Source: a virus
Virus record (IMG/VR): IMGVR_UViG_3300034283_001962
Span: 1 to 64,000 of that record
Direction: 5' to 3' (one strand)
DNA length: 64,000 nt
A program made the translations under genes and the position numbers. Below the pieces are notes generated by a model. It was given only the letters and a program-made list of their open reading frames with translations, was not told the origin of the DNA and made no database searches. Of the stretch, positions 39,143 to 46,319 are shown in pieces. Every line of letters starts with the position of its first letter. Within the stretch, counting starts at the first letter, position 1.

Positions 39143-39155
39143 TTAATTTAATATG

Positions 39156-39228
39156 TACTCCTTATTAGACTTGAACTAATAACTTCTTCCATGTAAGGGA
39201 AGCACTCTACCAATTGAGTTAAAGGAGC
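39156..39228 (-). tRNA. tRNA-Val(TAC)
   Basis: Loop CT-TAC-AT. Confidence 0.88.
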
Positions 39229-39233
39229 AAAAG

Positions 39234-39307
39234 TGGAAGTCATGGGTATCGAACCCATCTCAGTTTGCTTGCAAAGCAATCTCGCCAGCCAAGGAACATG
39301 CACCCCC
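39234..39307 (-). tRNA. tRNA-Ala(TGC)
   Basis: Loop TT-TGC-AA; G3:U70. Confidence 0.8.
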
Positions 39308-39313
39308 AAAAAA

Positions 39314-39460
39314 TCAGGACTTTACGCCCTGATTAGTTAACTTAAAATAATCTGCTGCAGAAATCCGGTCTCGTACAAAAAGAGAAATAGGATTTGTACG
39401 AGCTGCAGCTTTTCTTTTCTTTTTGCCAAACTTACGTTGGCTTTTTACTTTCTGTGCCAT
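39314..39460 (-). CDS. Small basic protein (48 aa, MAQKVKSQRKFGKKKRKAAART...)
   Basis: Translated by hand; the region also folds into a long hairpin. Confidence 0.4.
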   Translation of the reverse strand: MAQKVKSQRKFGKKKRKAAARTNPISLFVRDRISAADYFKLTNQGVKS

Positions 39461-39536
39461 GTGAATACTTGGCTACTGTTTTGTCAGTAGTTACCGTATT
39501 CGGCTCATAGAATTCTTCATATTCATATTATTTAAG

Positions 39537-39609
39537 TTGGCATACTCAGACTCGAACTGAGGACTTCTGCAGTATCAGTGCAGTACTCTAACCACTGAGT
39601 TATACGCCA
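39537..39609 (-). tRNA. tRNA-Ile(GAT)
   Basis: Loop CT-GAT-AC. Confidence 0.88.
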
Positions 39610-39614
39610 GTATG

Positions 39615-39689
39615 TTGACTCTATCGGATTCGAACCGATGACCTTAACGTTATGAGCGTTCTGCTACTAACCAACTGAGCTAAGAGTCA
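39615..39689 (-). tRNA. tRNA(CAT): Ile2 or elongator Met
   Basis: Loop CT-CAT-AA. Confidence 0.85.
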
Positions 39690-39695
39690 AGAAGC

Positions 39696-39766
39696 CGAGA
39701 GTGGGAGGTTCGAACTCCGACCTTCACATCGACAGTGTGACATGCTCGCCATTACACTACACCCTC
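39696..39766 (-). tRNA. tRNA-Asp(GTC)
   Basis: Loop CT-GTC-GA. Confidence 0.85.
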
Positions 39767-39780
39767 GTTTAAATTTATTG

Positions 39781-39853
39781 TACTCTCAACGGGGATTGAA
39801 CCCGTATTGACAGATTGAAAGTCTGTTATCCTGACCAATTAGATGATGAGAGC
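39781..39853 (-). tRNA. tRNA-Glu(TTC)
   Basis: Loop CT-TTC-AA. Confidence 0.88.
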
Positions 39854-39900
39854 AAAGCTCTTCACCCTCTTTTAGTGAATTTCTCATAATACTATTTTTG

Positions 39901-39974
39901 TGCAGTAAACAAGACTCGAACTTGCAACTTCCACCTTGGCAAGGTGGCACTCTAACCAATTGAGCTATTACTGC
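39901..39974 (-). tRNA. tRNA-Gly(GCC)
   Basis: Loop TT-GCC-AA. Confidence 0.9.
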
Positions 39975-39975
39975 G

Positions 39976-40049
39976 TGGAGCAGGTAACCGGGATCGAACC
40001 GACATCAGAAGATTGGAAATCTCCTGCACTACCATTGTGCTATACCTGC
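39976..40049 (-). tRNA. tRNA-Gly(TCC)
   Basis: Loop TT-TCC-AA; encoded CCA. Confidence 0.9.
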
Positions 40050-40165
40050 ATTTCAGTTTTTCATGAGCCTTGTAGAACTGTAACTACCGCCGGACCTACT
40101 TTCTAGAATTTCCTCCGAACCCCTTTGCACCAGATTTTATATCTGGTGTGGTGCTACTGTTATCT

Positions 40166-40693
40166 TTAACCTACTTTCCTCAGTAATTCACTAAGTCTAA
40201 GTTCTGTGTAATCTTCTAATGGGATGACACTTAAAGCTTTCTTTCTGATAATGTGATCAGCTGCTTTTGTAGCTATCATTTGTCCACTTTTAAAGATCGG
40301 GACTTGGTTGATTCCTTTAGTCCATCCTTTAAAATCTTGTACCAGTTTTGATGACAGGGTTTTTTTGACATCTGCGAAATCAAACTCAAGCCCTTCAATA
40401 GAGATTGGTATCTCTCTACTGATAAGTTCTGATGTTTCGATTGTCTTAACCCCTTCTTCATATAATCTCAGGTACTCTGTTTTGTACCTTTTTTTCTCAT
40501 CATAATTGAATATATAATGAGCACCTCTTAAACCGTAACGGAAAACTACTACTGTAACAAACTTGGTAAGCTTGTAGTCCTGGGAGTCCGTACCTATCCT
40601 AATAGTCAAGTTGTTGTGTTCATTGACTTGTTCTAGAATATGATCTACCAGATTTACTATAGTACCATCCTCTTTTCTGAAGTACTTTTCCAT
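40166..40693 (-). CDS. RNase H-like YkuK (DUF458) family protein
   Basis: IGTDSQ, GAHY, RLYEE, A.KAADH motifs; start moved to MEKYF because the track's longer start overlaps a tRNA. Confidence 0.8.
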   Translation of the reverse strand: MEKYFRKEDGTIVNLVDHILEQVNEHNNLTIRIGTDSQDYKLTKFVTVVVFRYGLRGAHYIFNYDEKKRYKTEYLRLYEEGVKTIETSELISREIPISIEGLEFDFADVKKTLSSKLVQDFKGWTKGINQVPIFKSGQMIATKAADHIIRKKALSVIPLEDYTELRLSELLRKVG

Positions 40694-40706
40694 AACGGTT
40701 TTGTTG

Positions 40707-40780
40707 ATGCAGGGGTGGGCCGACGATCCCACGTATTTCTAGGTTATGAGCCTAGCGAGTCACCTCTACTCTACCCTGCA
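40707..40780 (-). tRNA. tRNA-Met(CAT), initiator-like, atypical T-loop
   Basis: TGCAGGG acceptor; CTAGG-CTCATAA-CCTAG. Confidence 0.75.
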
Positions 40781-40790
40781 GTTTATAATG

Positions 40791-40862
40791 CGTTCCCACC
40801 AAGACTCGAACTTGGATCAAATGATTAACAGTCACCCGTACTAGCCTTTGTACTATAGGAAC
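40791..40862 (-). tRNA. tRNA-Asn(GTT)
   Basis: Loop CT-GTT-AA. Confidence 0.88.
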
Positions 40863-40871
40863 ATTTAGTTG

Positions 40872-40943
40872 TAGCCCCAACAAGGATCGAACTCAGCAAT
40901 TGTTTTTTAAATTATAATGTAGTTTTCTATGACAATTACTGCA
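40872..40943 (-). pseudogene. HNH remnant (CSNCHRKLHY...) fused to a tRNA 3' fragment (GTTCGATCCTTGTTGGGGCTA)
   Basis: Hand translation plus T-loop/acceptor fragment. Confidence 0.6.
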
Positions 40944-41013
40944 GGGTTACGCAGAATCGAACTGCGACTGAAAGATTAGAAGTCTCTCGTTCTATCCATT
41001 AAACTATAACCCC
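40942..41013 (-). tRNA. tRNA-Arg(TCT)
   Basis: Loop CT-TCT-AA. Confidence 0.9.
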
Positions 41014-41071
41014 ATTATATTTAAATTCTCAATAACCTTTGTAAATACAACACATTATTTAATTAAACAAG

Positions 41072-41144
41072 TTCCCCCGCTGAGATTCGAACTCAGCCCC
41101 ATAGGTTAAAAGCCTATTGCCTACTACCAGTTTGCTACAGGGGA
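41072..41144 (-). tRNA. tRNA-Lys(TTT)
   Basis: Loop CT-TTT-AA. Confidence 0.9.
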
Positions 41145-41155
41145 TTATAAAAACG

Positions 41156-41190
41156 AAAAACCCCTGTACCGTTTTACTGGCTCAGGGGTC
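41156..41190 (-). terminator. Attenuator terminator of cassette A
   Basis: CCCCTGAGCC-AGTAAAAC-GGTACAGGGG-TTTTT. Confidence 0.78.
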
Positions 41191-41220
41191 TTAAAATTGC
41201 TATGTTAAAATTAACTTTTC

Positions 41221-41310
41221 TTAAGTTATAGCAAAAGGACCCACTGAGCCGAACTTCTCATTCGCTCTCCCGATATTATCTACTATAATATATGATGGTC
41301 TTGTTTGCAC
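41221..41310 (-). CDS. Leader peptide A (GTG start; MQTRPSYIIVDNIGRANEKFGSVGPFAIT)
   Basis: Translated by hand; lies between promoter 41328-41359 and the terminator. Confidence 0.72.
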   Translation of the reverse strand: MQTRPSYIIVDNIGRANEKFGSVGPFAIT

Positions 41311-41327
41311 TTTAAAATTTTGAATCA

Positions 41328-41359
41328 CAATATTAAGAAATCTTTTTGATACTACCAAA
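41328..41359 (-). promoter_or_regulatory. Promoter for cassette A
   Basis: TTTG-N20-TAATATTG (one mismatch to TAnnTTTG). Confidence 0.65.
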
Positions 41360-41363
41360 TTTT

Positions 41364-41828
41364 TTATTTTATTTCTTTTTCTGGTTCTGTTTTAAGCTGA
41401 TTTATATGAAAAATTTGTTCATAAACTGAGTCTGATCGCAATTTTGATAATTTTTTTACATGTTCATTAATCTTTTCTTTAAACATTTTCCTATTCCAAA
41501 TACACCAATATGTTTGAGCATCTCCTTTTATGTATATTTCAGTAAGATCAAATCCAAATTGTTCAATATCTTGAGCTTCTCTACCAGGTGTGTACCATTC
41601 TCCATAACCTATTATTGATTCATGAGGAAAAGAAACCATTCCTACTACTCTATCTATATCTTCGTCATCTTCTTCCTCATCATTAACTAAACCTAATTCT
41701 CTAAGTTTATTCTTACTTGCATCTTTCTTTTTACTAATAGATATTAATACTGGAAACTCAAATAGGTTATCTGTAAAATTAATATCAGGTTCGACAAGTA
41801 TTCCTTGTGGAGTTTTAGTTATGGACAT
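41364..41828 (-). CDS. Hypothetical protein
   Basis: ORF track. Confidence 0.55.
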   Translation of the reverse strand: MSITKTPQGILVEPDINFTDNLFEFPVLISISKKKDASKNKLRELGLVNDEEEDDEDIDRVVGMVSFPHESIIGYGEWYTPGREAQDIEQFGFDLTEIYIKGDAQTYWCIWNRKMFKEKINEHVKKLSKLRSDSVYEQIFHINQLKTEPEKEIK

Positions 41829-42414
41829 ATAAAACTTTTGGTATTTTAATTATATTTTCTTGTGGAAACTTTATTTTAAACTCCTCTACATATTCTCCAT
41901 CTGCTGCATAACTTGTATTTAATACAATCTGTTGAGCCAGATCATTTCTAGTCGCAAATGCTCCCATATCAATCTGATTAAATCCAGGTGAACATTTAAA
42001 GTAACTGTAATCATAATGACTATGTACCATATCCCAATAGATCATTCCTGGCTGTGTATAACTATTAATTGTTTTTTCAAATTCACTTACAAATGTAGGT
42101 ACATAGTAATTATCATCCCCACTCATAATTACATACTTTCCTCTACATTGTTGTTTACCTAATTCTCTAGGTGTATGTCCCCAATCATTATATCGCTTAT
42201 CCAAGTAAAGTACACGTATCCTTTTATCTATACCTTTTACTATATCAAAAAGCATACCTCTAAACTGATCTGAATAATCCAATCCATCCACTACCACCAG
42301 TGCTTCCCAATTCTCATTTGTCTGACATAATAAAGCACATAAAGTACTGCGTAATTCATTTATCCTATTATAAGTAGGTAACACAAAGCTTACCAATGGC
42401 TGATTATTTATCAT
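41815..42414 (-). CDS. Glycosyltransferase family 2
   Basis: VSFVLPTYNR, VVVDG, GDDN motifs. Confidence 0.85.
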   Translation of the reverse strand: MINNQPLVSFVLPTYNRINELRSTLCALLCQTNENWEALVVVDGLDYSDQFRGMLFDIVKGIDKRIRVLYLDKRYNDWGHTPRELGKQQCRGKYVIMSGDDNYYVPTFVSEFEKTINSYTQPGMIYWDMVHSHYDYSYFKCSPGFNQIDMGAFATRNDLAQQIVLNTSYAADGEYVEEFKIKFPQENIIKIPKVLYVHN

Positions 42415-42686
42415 AGTTCAGTCTTTTTACGATAAATAGTAACTTCTCTATAGTCATTAGTAACATTTGCAGGTGGTACATTTCTCAACATAAAACTAAT
42501 CTTCTTAATTCCCAATGTTTTACTAATAACCCTGTTGGCATCTGATACTTGCATCATATACTTACGTAAGTTCAGAAAGTCCACATCTTTATATGTAACT
42601 TCTCTTAAAGCAGGAGTATTGTCCAGTTTTCTAATAAGAGCCTGATACACCTTTTTACCTTGTTCTCTTGTACCTAAATTATTCAT
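42411..42686 (-). CDS. Hypothetical protein
   Basis: ORF track; overlapping operon. Confidence 0.5.
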   Translation of the reverse strand: MNNLGTREQGKKVYQALIRKLDNTPALREVTYKDVDFLNLRKYMMQVSDANRVISKTLGIKKISFMLRNVPPANVTNDYREVTIYRKKTEL

Positions 42687-42883
42687 CTTAATGGAATTGA
42701 GGCGTTAAGTATAACTTCAACAGCATGACACATTTCTTCTCTTTTTGTTTCTATTGAAATATTAGAAATATATCCAGTTACTATTACATGTGTATTTTTA
42801 TTTTGGTAATCCTCTACGGCTTTCTTAATCAAAGATTCAAGTATCGCAAGATCATCTTTAGCTTCCCCAACTGTTACTGTCAT
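42683..42883 (-). CDS. Hypothetical protein
   Basis: ORF track. Confidence 0.45.
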   Translation of the reverse strand: MTVTVGEAKDDLAILESLIKKAVEDYQNKNTHVIVTGYISNISIETKREEMCHAVEVILNASIPLR

Positions 42884-42886
42884 ATC

Positions 42887-43501
42887 TTAATATTTTGTAA
42901 TAGCAATTAGCTTATCATTACAGTGAAACTCAATTTTCTTAATATCAAAGCAGCCAACCTTCAGATTTTTAAACAAATCTATCGTTTTATGGCAATCTTT
43001 AGCGTGACAGTCCTCAATAAAATATACACCTCCACTATGAATAACTGGAAAAAGTGCAAAGAAACTGTTAATCTGAGCCTCAAATGTGTGAATACCATCA
43101 TCAATAATAAAGTCCCATGCTGGAATCTGATCCAATAATCTTATTAAATCTATCGGCTTTGTCTGATCAGCATAATGTAATGAACATCTTTTTCTATGAG
43201 CACTCTCAATATCCCGTAAGTTTTGATCAATATTAATATCAATTCCTGTATATGTAGATTCTTTACTTAACCATTCCAACCACATCAGCATTCCAGCACC
43301 CGGAAATCTAGGATCATTTATACCAATCTCCATCATATCAAAAACTACCTTATCCTCTCTTCTCATATAAGCTTCATAGACAGGAGTATAATTGTGCTTT
43401 TCATGGTGAAGATTACCTTTATCTGTACCGTACTTATTAGCTATATCAGTTAAGCTTTGTATCATTTTAGCAAATTTAATAGTTTTTTCCGTAATAAACA
43501 A
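42887..43501 (-). CDS. Class I SAM-dependent methyltransferase (sugar O-methyltransferase-like)
   Basis: YGTDK, H.Y..VY, EIG, GIDI, DQ, DFIIDDG.H, GG.YFIED; true start may be MIQSL (~43465). Confidence 0.8.
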   Translation of the reverse strand: MFITEKTIKFAKMIQSLTDIANKYGTDKGNLHHEKHNYTPVYEAYMRREDKVVFDMMEIGINDPRFPGAGMLMWLEWLSKESTYTGIDINIDQNLRDIESAHRKRCSLHYADQTKPIDLIRLLDQIPAWDFIIDDGIHTFEAQINSFFALFPVIHSGGVYFIEDCHAKDCHKTIDLFKNLKVGCFDIKKIEFHCNDKLIAITKY

Positions 43502-43617
43502 AAAAAGTGAAATTTTCCTATACTAGTAAGTATATATACTAACCTATATTCCTACTAACCTATATCTATATTTACAATATAACCTGCTACCCTTGAACCC
43601 TCCCCTCCCTCCACCCA

Positions 43618-43650
43618 CAAAGTTAGAGGGTTTTATCTATAACTTCCAAA
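43618..43650 (-). promoter_or_regulatory. Leftward promoter at the strand switch
   Basis: TTTG-N21-TAACTTTG. Confidence 0.65.
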
Positions 43651-43799
43651 TTTCATTTTTAATTTTTTTTCCAAATTTCAAATTTGATGTATATATCTAG
43701 GAGTACTGACCCACCCTTTTGAATACCCCTACCTAAAAATTGCAGTTGGCGGTAGTCCCCGTCAACATTTATTACATACTTTAAACTAAAAACAGTTTT

Positions 43800-44201
43800 A
43801 TGAACATTCTACAGATTGCATCCCTCAGTGAAAGCGGTAAAGTTGGTTACAACACAGCTAACGAAAGTTTCTTTATTCCGGAAAGGCTCCGTGAAGATAT
43901 TAAACCTTTGTCCTATGCGCTGGTTGTTGACCAGAAAATTAACCTGGTCTACAAAAATGCTGCTGGTGATTACACCGACGCTAATGGTAACGTGCTTGAT
44001 GCTGATGCAGACCCAATCCAAACGGGTGAAACAGACATCAGGAAGACAATCAGCTTCGTCGGCTCATTTGCTGATTGCGTTAAAGCCAAGAATCAGCCTG
44101 CTATTCTTGCTAAAGCAGAAAGTAAGCTTATTGATAAGCTTGCTGATGACGCTATGGCTGAATTCGGCTTGACCGCAGAGCAAATGGATGCAACGATTTA
44201 A
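43800..44201 (+). CDS. Hypothetical protein, first rightward gene, distinct codon usage
   Basis: 133 aa; higher GC; followed by a terminator. Confidence 0.7.
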   Translation: MNILQIASLSESGKVGYNTANESFFIPERLREDIKPLSYALVVDQKINLVYKNAAGDYTDANGNVLDADADPIQTGETDIRKTISFVGSFADCVKAKNQPAILAKAESKLIDKLADDAMAEFGLTAEQMDATI

Positions 44202-44214
44202 TCGTTGTTTCTTT

Positions 44215-44257
44215 AGGAAGGGTGCATCAATTCGGTGCATCCTTCCTTTTATTTTTT
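44215..44257 (+). terminator. Intrinsic terminator
   Basis: AGGAAGGGTGCATC-AATTC-GGTGCATCCTTCCT-TTT. Confidence 0.75.
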
Positions 44258-44898
44258 ACTGGCAGGTGTTAAGGCCAGTGCGTTGCTTAATTGCAGGTCA
44301 CCATGACATCCGAAGTTTTCGGTGTTATCATGAGCATTCAAGATGCTTGTGATTGGGATTTCAGGTAAATCCAGCACCAATACGAATTAGTAATACTGTA
44401 TTAGCTAAACGGCTAATACAGTATTTTTATATGTATGTATGTATATATGTATGTACATTTAGCTTAATTTCAATTGGTTTTCGTTGATTCATCTAATAAA
44501 TCCTCATTATATTAGATAATTTCTAAAGAGTGAAGTGTTTTCTCGGTGGTCAATTAGATAATATCTAATAAATGCTAGTTCTTATTGTAACTATTACCGA
44601 AGCTGGGATATATATGTATAATATATATTAATAAGGCAGGAGAACTAACATTTAGTACCACAACTAATTGATATTCAAGTAAATATATATTTATTTGTGT
44701 ATGCATTTGTGATGAGGTGGTTATACGATACAGAAACTGTCATTTATTGACTAACGATAAATATTTATCTTTTAATATACTAATATAGCATTATGGAACT
44801 ATTTATTAGTGATATACCATCTATTTATCACATAGATCCTTCTTTTCTTATTTTGATCCTCCAGATGATTATTAATTAATTTATTAAATAGTTTAAAA

Positions 44899-45177
44899 AT
44901 GAAAAAATTATCAGCTATTCTGTTTATTATTGCTATTACTCTGCTTATTTATGGCTTATGTATGATATTCTTTGTTGTTAAAGGAACAGATAAAGAGCTG
45001 TTATTGAGTATAATGGGATCATTCTTTATTGTTTCTTGTGGTCTATTTATTGATTCTTACAGTGATGTGTACCATTCAGCTGAGATGAAATATAAAAGAA
45101 AGATAAGAATAAAAAGTTCTATAATAGCTTGTGTTCTCTCATTTGGTACATTTGTTATAATATGGTTAAAGTATTAG
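44899..45177 (+). CDS. Small membrane protein
   Basis: Three hydrophobic segments. Confidence 0.55.
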   Translation: MKKLSAILFIIAITLLIYGLCMIFFVVKGTDKELLLSIMGSFFIVSCGLFIDSYSDVYHSAEMKYKRKIRIKSSIIACVLSFGTFVIIWLKY

Positions 45178-45281
45178 AAAGATAAGAGCCTGAAATAGCT
45201 CTTTCTTTCGTAGAACTATTGTTCTATCTGATAATGGTGTAATTGAGCACCGAAACAGAAAACCCCAATTAATATAGCATT

Positions 45282-45512
45282 ATGGCTACTAAAGGACTTA
45301 AATCATTGATATTTCCACCATTAGTAGATAATAAATATCATGTATCCTGGGGTACATCTAATGGCGTTGTTGGTGTAGTTGTTTCTATTGATACTGTTAA
45401 TAAGACAGTAGTAATGAAATCTCCACGTACTCATATACATTGGAAAAATCCTGTTAAATGGAGTGATCTTAGATATATTCGTAGAGAAGAACATAAACTA
45501 TTTAAAAAGTAA
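45282..45512 (+). CDS. Hypothetical protein
   Basis: ORF track. Confidence 0.55.
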   Translation: MATKGLKSLIFPPLVDNKYHVSWGTSNGVVGVVVSIDTVNKTVVMKSPRTHIHWKNPVKWSDLRYIRREEHKLFKK

Positions 45513-45581
45513 ATATTCGGATGGTAAGACTATTAAAGAGCTTGAAATAGCTCTTTACACTTTTTTTCTAAATAATATATT

Positions 45582-45797
45582 ATGAAAATATTACGTAGAC
45601 TTATACTTTGGGTATCTATTAGTAGTGTACCAACATGTGTAGTAATACTTGTTTGGTTGTTATCTTTTCAATCATTTGAATTGTTAGCTGTAGTAAGAGA
45701 TGAAGTAACTATTAAAATAAGTACCTTTTTTACTTTAGCAGGTTTGATTGCTGCTATAATATTACCTAATGAGATGATTGAAGATATGATATCTTAA
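45582..45797 (+). CDS. Small membrane protein
   Basis: Two hydrophobic segments. Confidence 0.55.
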   Translation: MKILRRLILWVSISSVPTCVVILVWLLSFQSFELLAVVRDEVTIKISTFFTLAGLIAAIILPNEMIEDMIS

Positions 45798-45898
45798 TTA
45801 AATAATATATATTAAAATATAAAAACTAATCTATGTACGGTTATAATTTTAGATATTACAATAGATAGAATAACTGATCTATTAAAATAAAAATTGAT

Positions 45899-46165
45899 AT
45901 GGAATACAAAGTTCAAATAACCGATGAAGCTGGCAATGTTCAGCAATACGTTGTTAGCCGTAGTTCTTCTTCCGAAGATAAAAGTTTAAATGACTTCATT
46001 TTAGAAGCATTACGAATTTCAGAAGATAAACGAAAGCTACCATTAAAAACACAATGTCCAAACGGATTAGAGGTTTATCCTTCAATTAAAATGAAGTTTG
46101 AAAACTATGGCAGTCCGATACTTGGTGATAAGTTAGAAGCAATGTACATCACTTGGCGTGATTAG
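45899..46165 (+). CDS. Hypothetical protein
   Basis: ORF track. Confidence 0.6.
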   Translation: MEYKVQITDEAGNVQQYVVSRSSSSEDKSLNDFILEALRISEDKRKLPLKTQCPNGLEVYPSIKMKFENYGSPILGDKLEAMYITWRD

Positions 46166-46319
46166 AATTACGGCTAACATTGTATAGCTGAAAAATGCTT
46201 CGCAGGTTGAGATGTACATTAGATCTGCGGTTATCTTGAATTAACAAGTATATTTTGGATTAAATAGTAAGTATTCAACTGAGTGCAGAAGAGGTAATAA
46301 TTGTAAAAATAAATAAATT

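Noticed and set aside
37093-41144. tRNA fragments as prophage att sites
   Set aside because: No integrase is present in the window, and the fragments are adjacent to HNH remnants, which explain them better.
45185-45556. Repeated hairpin AAGAGC(C/T)TGAAATAGCTCTT at 45185 and 45536 as a new element
   Set aside because: Both sit just after stop codons and are most simply short terminators or processing stems; there are only two copies.
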